This document shows, piece after piece, positions 17,764 to 27,213 of a stretch of 64,000 bases of DNA. How positions within the stretch are numbered: the first letter of the stretch is position 1; each line of letters begins with the position of its first letter. The DNA comes from an uncultured Acidobacteriota bacterium (GTDB lineage Bacteria > Acidobacteriota > Terriglobia > Terriglobales > Acidobacteriaceae), in assembly GCA_963733805.1 (NCBI GenBank), contig CAVTEO010000018.1:76898-140897 (forward strand). The letters run 5' to 3'. The notes under the pieces were generated by a model, which was not told where the DNA came from, ran no database searches, and saw only the letters and a program-made list of their open reading frames with translations. The position numbers were made by a program, and so were the translations under genes.

Positions 17764-18705
17764 TCAAAATGCCTCCGCCTGCGTGCCCGCTTTCGCCAGA
17801 TCCTTCCACCCCACCAACACGAATTCCTGGTCTTTCAAAAATTTCTGGAACTCTGTGCTCTTTACCATGTCGAGATCGTGTTGACGCCAGGCGGCGCCCC
17901 AATCCGGATGGTCAGAAGTGGCGCCGCGCATTTCGTCGTCGTCGTAGGCTAAGTGCAGGATGACTTGATACACGCCCGGTCCGAGGGGCGTGAGTTGCTT
18001 TTCGTACCAGGCAGTCCATTCTTTTGGATCAACGCCCGGGTTGATTTCCAGGACGCGGTCGACCAAGATCCGCCCGGCAGGCATTTGGTTGGTGTCGGGG
18101 GCGGCGTGTTCCGAGCCGTTGCGCGCGTCAAGAATCGGCACATGGAAATCATTCCCCAGCTTGCTGTAGACCGAGAAGAAGGCCGGAGTCTGGAAGAGCG
18201 CGCCCATGTGCGTGTCGAGATGCGTGACGTGCACGCCGAATTTCTGGGCGCGCTCAATCTGCGCGCGTAGCTCGGTCTCGACTTCGGCGGGCTTGGCGTT
18301 TTTCACGACGTCGGGCGTGTCGAGCGGGAGATAATTCTGCTCGTCCAGCAGAGACGGAACCTTGTCCCGCGAACTCACCGGGCCCCAGCGGAATTGCGTC
18401 CATTCACTGTTCAGCGCCTGGTGGATGCCGAGGTCTGCGTCGGGGTGGGACTTCGCAAAGTTCGCCGCTTCCAGAAACCATGGGCAAGGAACCAGGATGC
18501 TGGCGGAGGTGATCCAGTGCTTCTCGATCGCCTCCGAGATGGCGCGGTTCACGGAGTGGTTCATGCCGAAGTCGTCGGCATGGAGGATGAGCAGGCGGGC
18601 AGTCGGTGGGTAGCCGAGGCGCTCCTGTACGGATTTGGCTTGCGATTGGGCGAAGACGGCGGAGAGGGCCAGGAAGATGACAACACGAAAATGGAACTTT
18701 GGCAT
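17764..18705 (-). CDS. ChbG/YdjC-family carbohydrate deacetylase, secreted
   Basis: 313-aa ORF with signal peptide. LILHADDFGMNHSVNRAI and HLDTHMG metal-site motifs of the YdjC/ChbG family. Confidence 0.8.
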   Translation of the reverse strand: MPKFHFRVVIFLALSAVFAQSQAKSVQERLGYPPTARLLILHADDFGMNHSVNRAISEAIEKHWITSASILVPCPWFLEAANFAKSHPDADLGIHQALNSEWTQFRWGPVSSRDKVPSLLDEQNYLPLDTPDVVKNAKPAEVETELRAQIERAQKFGVHVTHLDTHMGALFQTPAFFSVYSKLGNDFHVPILDARNGSEHAAPDTNQMPAGRILVDRVLEINPGVDPKEWTAWYEKQLTPLGPGVYQVILHLAYDDDEMRGATSDHPDWGAAWRQHDLDMVKSTEFQKFLKDQEFVLVGWKDLAKAGTQAEAF

Positions 18706-18737
18706 TGGGGACTCCAGAAAAGCTCACGGCCGGGTGC

Positions 18738-18846
18738 CCCAGGTTCGCGCCAGTTTTTGGGCGCTAACCTGGGTTCATCACTGCGGCCTGCGATATTCGA
18801 CAAGATGTGCAGGCCCACGTTAGCGCAAAGAACGCGCGAACGTGGG
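18738..18846. repeat. two REP-like hairpins in tandem (18738-18773 and 18814-18846)
   Basis: cccaggttcgcgccagtttttgggcgctaacctggg and cccacgttagcgcaaagaacgcgcgaacgtggg. Both have 8-bp terminal stems CCCAsGTT/AACsTGGG. Confidence 0.7.
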
Positions 18847-18883
18847 GCACCATCGGTTCCAGTTCTTTCCTTACCGCGATCGA

Positions 18884-20359
18884 TCACGCTTCTTCCGGAG
18901 GCAACTCGAAGTCCACCAGGTCGCCGCGGAAGCCTTTGGTCTTGACTGCCCCGAAAGCGATGCCCGCCAGCATCCAGATTCCGCCCACGATCCAGGCTTT
19001 CCAACTCAGGTTCTTCCACAGGAAAAAGCAAATCGTGAACCCGGCCAGCGGCGGCGCCCACACGGCTAGCACGGCCAGCATTACTCCGGCCACCGCGAGC
19101 ACGATCCAGCTCGAGGTCGGTAACAGGACCAGCGCGATGACCAGCGCTGTGAGCACAAGGGGCGGGATCGGACTCTTACCGCCCTCGCGCACGTAATAGC
19201 GAACAAAGGCCGCCATATTGACGCCCATGAATGCGATCAGGGCGCCGAAGTTCAGCATCTCTGCGCCGAGGCCGTAGCTGAACAGGCCGATGCTCACCAG
19301 CAAAGCGCCTCCCAAGGCAATCGCACCCACGAAGAACACATTGTTGCGGGGCACGTGCCGCTTGGGATCGACTACGCCGAAGAACGATTGCGGAAGGGCC
19401 TTGCTGCGGCCCATGCCGTAGAGCAAACGGGCGGCGCCGATCTGCGCGCCCATCCCGGAGCCAAAGTTCGCCACCAGCAGCGTGAAGCCTACGATAGCAA
19501 AAAGAGGTTTCCAGGCGCGGCCCGCGACGAAGGTGAAGGCGGTGTCCACATTCGGAAACGGCTGCGACGCGGGCCATAGAAGTTGCGCCGCATAAACTTC
19601 CAGCGCCGAAAGGATTCCGATCACAAAGCAGGTAAGCACGGTGGCGAGCAGAATGTTGCGGCGGGGATTTTCCGCTTCTTCCGAGAGCGTGGAGATTCCA
19701 TCAAAGCCGATGTAGCTCAGCACGGCAATCGAGGTCGCCGCCAGAACGGACTTTGTATCCCACATGGCGGGATCGTAAAACGGACGCGTAAAGAACGCAG
19801 CCCCGTCGTGCGGGTTGCTGAAGATGTAACGCGCGGCCGCCATAAAGAAGATTGCGACCACTGCGCCCATCGCAGCGGCCAACAGCGTGTTCACGCGAGC
19901 CGAAGTCTTGATGCCCTGGATGTTGAGGAACGTGAAGACCGCGCCGAAGAACAGTGCCCATCCCCAGTAGGGAATGCCGGGAGCAAAAACATTGGCCTGC
20001 TGGCTGCACCACACAATGCAGATCATGGGATTGAGCATGTAATCCATGACCATGCTCCATCCGGTGACGTAGCCCAGCGCCGGGTTGATCTCCTGCCCGA
20101 CATAGGTGAACGCCGAACCTGCGCTGGGATACGCGCGCGCCATGCGCCCGTAGCTGAAGGCGGTGAACAGCATGGCGACCATGGCGATGAGAATGGTCGT
20201 GACCACGTGGCCACGGCCGCGATCACTGAGCACGCCGAACACCGACATGGGCGCGACCGGCTGAATCACGATCACGCCATAGAGGATGAGATCCCAAAGG
20301 GTAAGCGTGCGTCGCAGGCGCGGCGCGCTGGCAGTCGTGGTACTTGCGTTTGTGGCCAT
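18884..20359 (-). CDS. APC-superfamily amino acid/polyamine permease (PuuP-like)
   Basis: 491-aa ORF with ~12 TM segments. N-terminal LRRTLTLWDLILYGVIVIQPVAPMSVFG and AYPSAGSAFTYVG blocks typical of APC permeases. Confidence 0.85.
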   Translation of the reverse strand: MATNASTTTASAPRLRRTLTLWDLILYGVIVIQPVAPMSVFGVLSDRGRGHVVTTILIAMVAMLFTAFSYGRMARAYPSAGSAFTYVGQEINPALGYVTGWSMVMDYMLNPMICIVWCSQQANVFAPGIPYWGWALFFGAVFTFLNIQGIKTSARVNTLLAAAMGAVVAIFFMAAARYIFSNPHDGAAFFTRPFYDPAMWDTKSVLAATSIAVLSYIGFDGISTLSEEAENPRRNILLATVLTCFVIGILSALEVYAAQLLWPASQPFPNVDTAFTFVAGRAWKPLFAIVGFTLLVANFGSGMGAQIGAARLLYGMGRSKALPQSFFGVVDPKRHVPRNNVFFVGAIALGGALLVSIGLFSYGLGAEMLNFGALIAFMGVNMAAFVRYYVREGGKSPIPPLVLTALVIALVLLPTSSWIVLAVAGVMLAVLAVWAPPLAGFTICFFLWKNLSWKAWIVGGIWMLAGIAFGAVKTKGFRGDLVDFELPPEEA

Positions 20360-20372
20360 GGGCTCCCTAAGG

Positions 20373-20408
20373 CAGTCGTTGGTCGTCGGTCGTTGGTCGT
20401 TGGCAAAA
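20373..20408. repeat. 36-nt heptad-repeat block, identical copy at 62706-62741
   Basis: cagTCGTTGGTCGTCGGTCGTTGGTCGTTGGcaaaa, read identically at both loci. Confidence 0.9.
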
Positions 20409-20540
20409 CCGGCGCGACGTCATGTTCTTAAGCGTGATGGACCGCGAGGTCATAGCAAAGTTTGCCGATGCAGCGGCGGCCGCCTGCGAGCTGTACGTTG
20501 GCTGCGGCAGGCTGCTCGCCGCGCCATCAAAAATCGCCCC

Positions 20541-23225
20541 TCAGTGTACATTCCAACCGCTTACTTCCACGACAGGTTTTGCAGTCCCGAGTGCGCGGGT
20601 GCGATAGGTGGCCGTCAGGTCGCGCTTTTCGCCGGGAAGCAGCGAAATGTAATTGTCCTCCCAAATCACGGGAACGATCTCCTCTCCCCCCTTGCCCTTG
20701 CTGACCTTCACGTGGACGAAGAACGCGAGCGATTTGCTCGGATTTTCGAGCGTCACGTGCGTGACCGAGTCGTTTCCTTGCCGGACGGTTTGGCTAGTCG
20801 TCTTGAGATCCACCTTGGGCAGCTTGCTGAGAGCGGTGTAGTCGGCGAACTGCGTGGTAGGAGTCGTGTACCAGTTCGACTTCTCCCAGTCCAGCGTTTC
20901 CGGCTTGGTGGAAAGCCAGTAGAAGTTCGATCCGACGACTTTACCCGACCCGTCCTGCAAGCGCAGCGCCAGAAAATACACCGGGCTGGCTTCGTCCAGC
21001 GCAGGCAGCGTCAGGATTTTGCTGGTGCTGTCGGCCGCCGCATCCGCCGGGGATTCCTGCGAAAACTTCTCCGCCATGTCGAGGTCATAGAGTTTCGTAG
21101 TCAGCTTCAGCCCTTTCACGTCGTCGTAGCGGCTGCTCACGATCCAGACTGACCGATCGTCGTAGGCATACATCGGATGCAAAGGCTCCATGGCCGTCTT
21201 TGCGCCGAAGTAGCCGCCGCCGGGCCGCAGGTAGTAGTCGTACAGGTGCCAGATGATCGAGGGCCAGGCGTTGTTGAGCATCCACTGGATGACGCCCGTC
21301 GAAGTGTACTTGTTGTGGCTGTAGGCCTCGAACATGGCGCGAATGCCTTCGTAGTTCATCACCTGCGCTTTCAGAACGTAGTCCTCCAGCGTGTCAGCCT
21401 TGCCGTAGCGATTGGTGAGCGCGTCGGTATAAACGTGAATGTCCTTGAACTCGCCGCCGCCTGCGTGGAAATTCCACCAGTCGTCGATTGGCCAAAGGTG
21501 ATCTTTGGGCAACATAGTGCGCAGCGAGTCGATCTCCGGAACCGCCGGGCCGGGGCTGGTCTCGGTGTTAAAGCCATACGCGCCGCCACAGCCGCCCGGA
21601 TTGCAGTGATGCCCGCCGTCAATCTTGTCTTCGGTCCAGTAGGAGGGAGCCACGTACTCGTACGGGCCGCTCATCTTCACGCCGCTGTCGCCCGTGACCG
21701 TAGCCGGCTTGGCGGTGGCCGATGACACCACGGGATTGGGAAAGTGAAGTTGCTTTTCGATGCCGAGATACATTTCTTCGACATCCGGCGGGGGCGGATT
21801 GTCGCTGCCGTTGAGCCACATCACCACGCTGGGATGGCTGCGCAGCCGGTAAATCTGATCCGTCAGCGAAGCCTTGGCGATGTCGAAGTCCTGCGGCTTC
21901 CACTTGGCCCAATGTTCCCAGTGGTCGCAGCAGCACCAGCCCGCCATCACCAGCACGCCTTCGCGATCGGCGCGCTCGAAAAACTCCTCGGTCTCGAGCT
22001 TGCCTTCCAGGCGGATCGTGTTCAGTCCCATGTCGCGGACATAGCGGAACTCGTCGGCCAGTCGCTGCGAGTTTTCCCGAAGCATCATGTCGGGAGACCA
22101 GCCGCCGCCGCGAATCAGGATTTTCTTTCCGTTGATGGAAAATACCCGCCGCTGCTGGGAGTTCAGTTCCGAGGTCACTTCCCGGATGCCGAAATCAGTT
22201 TCGGCGTGATCGGATTGCCTGCCGTTAATCACGAACTCCATCTTGAGGGTGTAGAGTTCCGGCTTGCCCATCTGCACCGGCCACCAGAGACGCGGGCCGG
22301 TGAGATTCAGCTGGGAAAACTTCTCGGGCTCGAAGGTGACGTCTTTGTTTTCGCCCGGAGCAAGTTCCACGTCCTGGGAGAATTCAACCTTGTCGATGGT
22401 GCCTTTGAGCGTCCCCTTGACCGGCTCTTTCGAAGAATTTTTCAGCAGCGCCGTAACCGTGAGTTGGGCATTCTGGGATGCATCGACATGCGACACGACA
22501 CTCGGATAGCGCAGCGCGACCGGACCGCTCTCCGCCAGGTAGACCTTCCGCCACAGCCCCATATTCTTGTCGGGAGGCGCGGGGTTCCAGTCCACGAAGG
22601 TGATCGCCAGATCGTTCTCGGTGGGCGCGAAGACTTCCACGGCCAGAACGTTCTGCGCGCCGTGTTTCACGGCTTCGGTGATGTTGAACTCATAGGTGCG
22701 CCACGCTCCAGCCACGTCGTCGGATTTGGCGATCTGCTTCCCGTTCAGCCAGATATTCGCACGGTAATTAATCCCGCGGAAATTCAGCCACACCGTCTTT
22801 CCCTTGTAGCTGGCCGGCACGGTGAAAGCCTTCCGGTACCACCAGGACAGGATGTAAGGGCTGTCGGGTCCCATCGCGATGTTCGAGAAATTTGCGCCGA
22901 TCGGGTACGTCACGCCCGGCATCTGGCGAAGATTCATGCCGTAGGTCGGATCAGGCAGGACCTTGTGTTTCACCAGCGCGCTGACCACGGTCGTGGGAAC
23001 GGTGACCGGGTACCATCCTTTTGGCTGAAAGGCGGGCTTCGAGAGCACGTCGCCATTCTCGTCGACTTTGCGGGAGGACTGGAGCATCCAGCCGTCGGAG
23101 AGGCTGACTTGCGATGCGGCCGTGGCGGGTGCTGTGCGCGCGTGGGGAGTTTGAGGCTGTGCCGTCGCCGTGGAAAGCATGGCGAGGCTGAGAACGGCTG
23201 CGCCCAACGAAATACGGAGTTTCAT
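20541..23225 (-). CDS. glycoside hydrolase family 2 protein (exo-beta-D-glucosaminidase / beta-mannosidase-like), secreted
   Basis: ORF 20541..23399, start moved to ATG 23225 (MKLRISLGAAVLSLAMLSTATAQ signal). GH2 sugar-binding block WWYRKAFTVP...VWLNFRGINYRANIWLNG and TIM-barrel region. Confidence 0.8.
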   Translation of the reverse strand: MKLRISLGAAVLSLAMLSTATAQPQTPHARTAPATAASQVSLSDGWMLQSSRKVDENGDVLSKPAFQPKGWYPVTVPTTVVSALVKHKVLPDPTYGMNLRQMPGVTYPIGANFSNIAMGPDSPYILSWWYRKAFTVPASYKGKTVWLNFRGINYRANIWLNGKQIAKSDDVAGAWRTYEFNITEAVKHGAQNVLAVEVFAPTENDLAITFVDWNPAPPDKNMGLWRKVYLAESGPVALRYPSVVSHVDASQNAQLTVTALLKNSSKEPVKGTLKGTIDKVEFSQDVELAPGENKDVTFEPEKFSQLNLTGPRLWWPVQMGKPELYTLKMEFVINGRQSDHAETDFGIREVTSELNSQQRRVFSINGKKILIRGGGWSPDMMLRENSQRLADEFRYVRDMGLNTIRLEGKLETEEFFERADREGVLVMAGWCCCDHWEHWAKWKPQDFDIAKASLTDQIYRLRSHPSVVMWLNGSDNPPPPDVEEMYLGIEKQLHFPNPVVSSATAKPATVTGDSGVKMSGPYEYVAPSYWTEDKIDGGHHCNPGGCGGAYGFNTETSPGPAVPEIDSLRTMLPKDHLWPIDDWWNFHAGGGEFKDIHVYTDALTNRYGKADTLEDYVLKAQVMNYEGIRAMFEAYSHNKYTSTGVIQWMLNNAWPSIIWHLYDYYLRPGGGYFGAKTAMEPLHPMYAYDDRSVWIVSSRYDDVKGLKLTTKLYDLDMAEKFSQESPADAAADSTSKILTLPALDEASPVYFLALRLQDGSGKVVGSNFYWLSTKPETLDWEKSNWYTTPTTQFADYTALSKLPKVDLKTTSQTVRQGNDSVTHVTLENPSKSLAFFVHVKVSKGKGGEEIVPVIWEDNYISLLPGEKRDLTATYRTRALGTAKPVVEVSGWNVH

Positions 23226-23453
23226 GGGATGAGTCCCCTTCGGAATGAGGGTGAGAAAACACGCTGGAAAGCGATTTGAAAGTCGCTCAGTTGGATAACA
23301 CGTTTTATTGATACGTTTCAATAGATGTTTTTCTGCGGCTGCGACGGGCCCGAACCGGATTGTCCTCCGGTACCTGGGCGCACAACGCTTGCCGGGCACA
23401 TTAGTCTATAATTATCCATTCCGCCCCCAAAATTCTGGAGTGAATAACAAACC

Positions 23454-25457
23454 ATGATCCGTTTTCTGCAAACCCCTGGGCCCACTAAGAAGATCATCCT
23501 GAGTTCGCTGCTGCTGATTATCTGCGGCGGCATGGTCATCACGCTGATTCCCGGCGGCTTGGGATCCGACCTGATGGGCCAGCCGAGCCAGGGAGTGGTC
23601 GCTAAAGTCGCCGGCCAGGACATTACCACCCAGGAAGTGCGAGACCGCGCCCGCGCGCTCGCCGAGCAGCAGGTCGCCCAGTACGGCCCCATGGGCAAGC
23701 AATTGCTGCCCATGATCATGCCGCGCGCGATCTCGCAGTCGGTAGAACAGTTGATCACCGGCAAGGCGATCGTGGCTGAGGCCGACCGCATGGGCCTGAA
23801 GGCCACCGACCAGGATGTCCGCGACGAGTTGGAGCATGGCCGCTACTCGCAGACACTCTTCCCGGGCGGCAAGTTTATCGGGGAGCAGGCGTACGCGAGT
23901 CTACTGCAGCAGGCGAACCTCAGCGTCTCCGCCTTCGAGGCCGATGTAAAGAACGATATCCTCCAGCAAAAGCTGGTGGCCCTGGTGACGGGCAGCGCGT
24001 CGGTTTCCGACTCCGAGATCCGGCAGGAATTCCAGAAGCGCAACACCCAGGTGAAGTTCGACTACGCCGTGTTGTCGCAAGACGACATCCGCAAGGGCCT
24101 GCATCCCACCGATGAAGAACTCAAGGCCTTCTACACCCGCAACCAGGCGCGCTACAAGGACTCGATTCCTGAGAAGCGCAAGATCGACTACATCTTTCTC
24201 GACAAGAGCAAGATCCTGGGACAAGTGCAGGTCACGCCCGAAGAAGTCCAGTCCTACTACAACCAGCGCAGGGATCAGTACCGGGTTCCCGATGAGGTGA
24301 AGGTCGCCCACATTCTGATCAAGACTCCGCCGGCAGGAGCCGACGGCAAAGTCGACGAGAAGGGCGTGGAAGAGGCCCGCAAGAAAGCCGAAGACGTCCT
24401 GAAGCAACTCAAGGGCGGCGCAAAGCTGGAGGATCTGGCGAAGAAGTATTCCGATGATCCGGGCAGCGCGAAGCAGGGCGGGGAACTAGGCTGGATCGGC
24501 CGGGGACGCACCGTTCCGGAATTTGAGAAGACGGCTTTCTCGCTCGCCAAAGGACAGACCAGCGACCTGGTGAAGAGCTCTTACGGATTCCACATCATCC
24601 GCACCGAAGACAAGCACGAAGCGCACGTCAAGACTCTTGATGAAGTGAAAGGCGAGATCGAGCCGTTGATCCGCCAGCAGAAGGCCGCGAGCCTGATGGA
24701 AAAAGCGGGCAACTCCCTGCTCGACCAGGCGCGCAGCCAGGGGCTCGCGAAGGCCGCTGCAGCCAAGAACCTGAACGTGGTCACGACCGATTTTGTGGGC
24801 CGCAGCGACGTTTTGCCTGGGCTCGGCGCATCCCCGCAGTTCATGGACGCCGTGTTCTCGCAGCGCGAAAAAGCTCCACCCGACATGGCGCAGCTCAGCC
24901 AGGGTGCCGTCGTATTTCAAGTCGAAGCCATCAAGCCGCCGGCCACTCCGACGTTCGAGGAGATTCGTTCGAAGGTCGATAGCGAGTTCAAGAACGAGCG
25001 AGCCAGCATTCTGCTGAATCAGAAAACACAGGAACTCTCCGATCGGGCAAAGTCCGAGCATGACCTGAAGAAAGCCGCGAAGGAACTGGGCGCAACCCTG
25101 AAAACCAGCGACTTCGTGCTACCCGACGGCCAGGTGCCCGACATTGGCAGCATGGCAGGCCAGGCGTCGGTGGCATTCTCGATGAAGCCAGGCGAAATCA
25201 GCGGTCCGGTAAACGCCGGGAACAATGGTGTCGTGCTGGCGGTGACCGCGAAGCAGGAGCCCACCGACCAGGACTTCGCGGTCAAGAAAGATCAGATTCG
25301 CGATGGGCTGCTGCGCTCCAAGCAGCAGGACCTGTTCGGGCTGTTCATCTCGAACCTTCGCCAGCAAATGGAAAAATCCGGCAAGATCAAAATCAACGAG
25401 CAGGAAATGAAGAACCTCACCAAGGGGCAAGGCGGTGGTGGGGAAGAAGGCTTTTAA
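23454..25457 (+). CDS. periplasmic chaperone / parvulin-type peptidyl-prolyl isomerase (PpiD-like)
   Basis: 667-aa ORF. N-terminal TM anchor, SurA_N-like region, parvulin domain (VKVAHILIK...GGELGWIGRGRTVPEFEKTAF...SSYGFHIIR). Confidence 0.8.
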   Translation: MIRFLQTPGPTKKIILSSLLLIICGGMVITLIPGGLGSDLMGQPSQGVVAKVAGQDITTQEVRDRARALAEQQVAQYGPMGKQLLPMIMPRAISQSVEQLITGKAIVAEADRMGLKATDQDVRDELEHGRYSQTLFPGGKFIGEQAYASLLQQANLSVSAFEADVKNDILQQKLVALVTGSASVSDSEIRQEFQKRNTQVKFDYAVLSQDDIRKGLHPTDEELKAFYTRNQARYKDSIPEKRKIDYIFLDKSKILGQVQVTPEEVQSYYNQRRDQYRVPDEVKVAHILIKTPPAGADGKVDEKGVEEARKKAEDVLKQLKGGAKLEDLAKKYSDDPGSAKQGGELGWIGRGRTVPEFEKTAFSLAKGQTSDLVKSSYGFHIIRTEDKHEAHVKTLDEVKGEIEPLIRQQKAASLMEKAGNSLLDQARSQGLAKAAAAKNLNVVTTDFVGRSDVLPGLGASPQFMDAVFSQREKAPPDMAQLSQGAVVFQVEAIKPPATPTFEEIRSKVDSEFKNERASILLNQKTQELSDRAKSEHDLKKAAKELGATLKTSDFVLPDGQVPDIGSMAGQASVAFSMKPGEISGPVNAGNNGVVLAVTAKQEPTDQDFAVKKDQIRDGLLRSKQQDLFGLFISNLRQQMEKSGKIKINEQEMKNLTKGQGGGGEEGF

Positions 25458-25546
25458 CGACGGAAGTGCGGGCACGCTCCGGCGTGCCCGAGACTACTCC
25501 GCAACGTATCTCCTCGACGGAAGAACCCGGTAATCTTCGAAGAAAC

Positions 25547-27079
25547 ATGTCTTTCATTCGCGCCACAGGAATTCTTCTGCATCCCAGTTCGCTTCCGGCG
25601 CGAGGCGGCATCGGCGACTTCGGTCCCGCGGCCTACGAATTTGTCGACTTCCTGGCCGCAGCCCGCCAGGGACTCTGGCAAGTCCTGCCGCTTGGGCCGC
25701 TGGGCTACGGCAACTCTCCCTACTCGGCGACGTCGGCCTTCGCGGGAAATCCCTTGTTGATCAGCCTGGAGCGGTTGGCCGAGCGTGGATGGATTGATGC
25801 CGGCGAGATTCGCGGCCTTGCCCAGGCCGATGGGCCCGTGGACTACGCAGCGGTCTTCCCGGGCAAGATGCCCCTGCTCGCGCAAGCCGCGCGCAACTTC
25901 ACCAAACGCATGCAAGGAGACGCGCGCGCGCGATTCCAGCGATTCTGCCAGGACAATCGCGACTGGCTCGACGGCTTTGTGTTGTTTGACGCCTTGCGCG
26001 CCCACTACAAGCTGAGCAACTGGAATGAGTGGCCCCGGGAGTTAGCCCATCGCGAGCCCGCGGCTTTGGATCGCGTGCGCCGCGAGATGGCCGACGAACT
26101 CGCGTGGCGCAGCGCTCTGCAATTTGCCTTCGCCGAGCAATGGCGCGCGTTACGGCATCACTGCACCCGCCGTTCGGTGCGCGTGGTGGGGGATATCGCC
26201 ATCTTCGTGAACTATGACAGCGCGGATGTCTGGACGCATCCGGAACTGTTTCGTCTTGACGCTGAGCGCAATCCCGAGGTGGTGTCGGGCGTGCCGCCTG
26301 ATTTCTTCAGCGAGACGGGGCAGCGCTGGGGCAATCCACTCTACCGCTGGGATGTGATGAAGTCGCGGGGGTATGCTTGGTGGGTGGCGCGCTTGCGCGC
26401 CGCGACCGGTCAATGCGACTACATCCGGCTCGATCATTTCCGGGGCTTTGAGCAGTTCTGGGAAATCGATGCCAGCGAGCCCACCGCCATCAACGGGCGC
26501 TGGGTCGATGGTCCCAAAGACGATTTATTCGCGAAGGTGCGGGAGGCGCTTGGCGGTCTTCCGTTCTTTGCCGAGGATCTGGGATACATCACGCCCGAAG
26601 TGCATGCGCTGCGCAAGCGTCTGCAGATGCCCGGTATGGCGGTTCTGCAATTTGGATTCAGCGACAAGGGCGCACACATCTATCTTCCTCAGCAACTGAC
26701 GCCCGAAACGGTCGTCTACACCGGCACTCATGACAATGACACGCTGGTCGGCTGGTGGACCAGCAGCGCCACCGAGCAGGAACGCAAGAACGCCGAATCG
26801 TATTTCGGCAAGGCCGAAGACGGCGTCCACTGGTCGTTCATCCGCGCAGCCCAAGGGTCGGTTGCCAGCCTCTCAGTCGTTCCCATGCAGGACTTTCTTG
26901 GCCTGGGCAGCGAGGCGCGCATGAACATGCCCAGCCAGCGCGGAGGCAACTGGCGCTGGCGTCTGCAGCCGGGCGTGCTCACCAGTGATCTGGCAAAGAA
27001 GATGGCCGCGTTGGCAGAAGTCACGGACCGTTTGCCGGAGCCATTGCCGGAACCGCTGGCAGAAGAATTCGCCGCTTAG
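25547..27079 (+). CDS. malQ: 4-alpha-glucanotransferase (amylomaltase, GH77)
   Basis: ORF 25466..27079, start at ATG 25547 (MSFIRATGILLHPSSLP..GIGDFG). GH77 blocks VVGDIAIFV, RLDHFRGF, FAEDLG, YTGTHDNDT. Confidence 0.9.
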   Translation: MSFIRATGILLHPSSLPARGGIGDFGPAAYEFVDFLAAARQGLWQVLPLGPLGYGNSPYSATSAFAGNPLLISLERLAERGWIDAGEIRGLAQADGPVDYAAVFPGKMPLLAQAARNFTKRMQGDARARFQRFCQDNRDWLDGFVLFDALRAHYKLSNWNEWPRELAHREPAALDRVRREMADELAWRSALQFAFAEQWRALRHHCTRRSVRVVGDIAIFVNYDSADVWTHPELFRLDAERNPEVVSGVPPDFFSETGQRWGNPLYRWDVMKSRGYAWWVARLRAATGQCDYIRLDHFRGFEQFWEIDASEPTAINGRWVDGPKDDLFAKVREALGGLPFFAEDLGYITPEVHALRKRLQMPGMAVLQFGFSDKGAHIYLPQQLTPETVVYTGTHDNDTLVGWWTSSATEQERKNAESYFGKAEDGVHWSFIRAAQGSVASLSVVPMQDFLGLGSEARMNMPSQRGGNWRWRLQPGVLTSDLAKKMAALAEVTDRLPEPLPEPLAEEFAA

Positions 27080-27213
27080 CGTTGTGCCCGTGATCCACGT
27101 AGGAAACGTGGAGGTCTTCGGTTAGTTACTTCGGTGCTTCCTGCCTCGCACATTCACTGACGTTTAATCTGTCTTTCATCCTGTAGCAAACGCGCTCGCG
27201 TAGGAATGGCACC

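Noticed and set aside
19583-21152. + strand ORFs 19583..20431 and 20286..21152
   Set aside because: They are antisense to the APC permease and the GH2 3' end, and they run across the heptad block.
21744-23279. 511-aa + strand ORF
   Set aside because: It is antisense to the GH2 gene.
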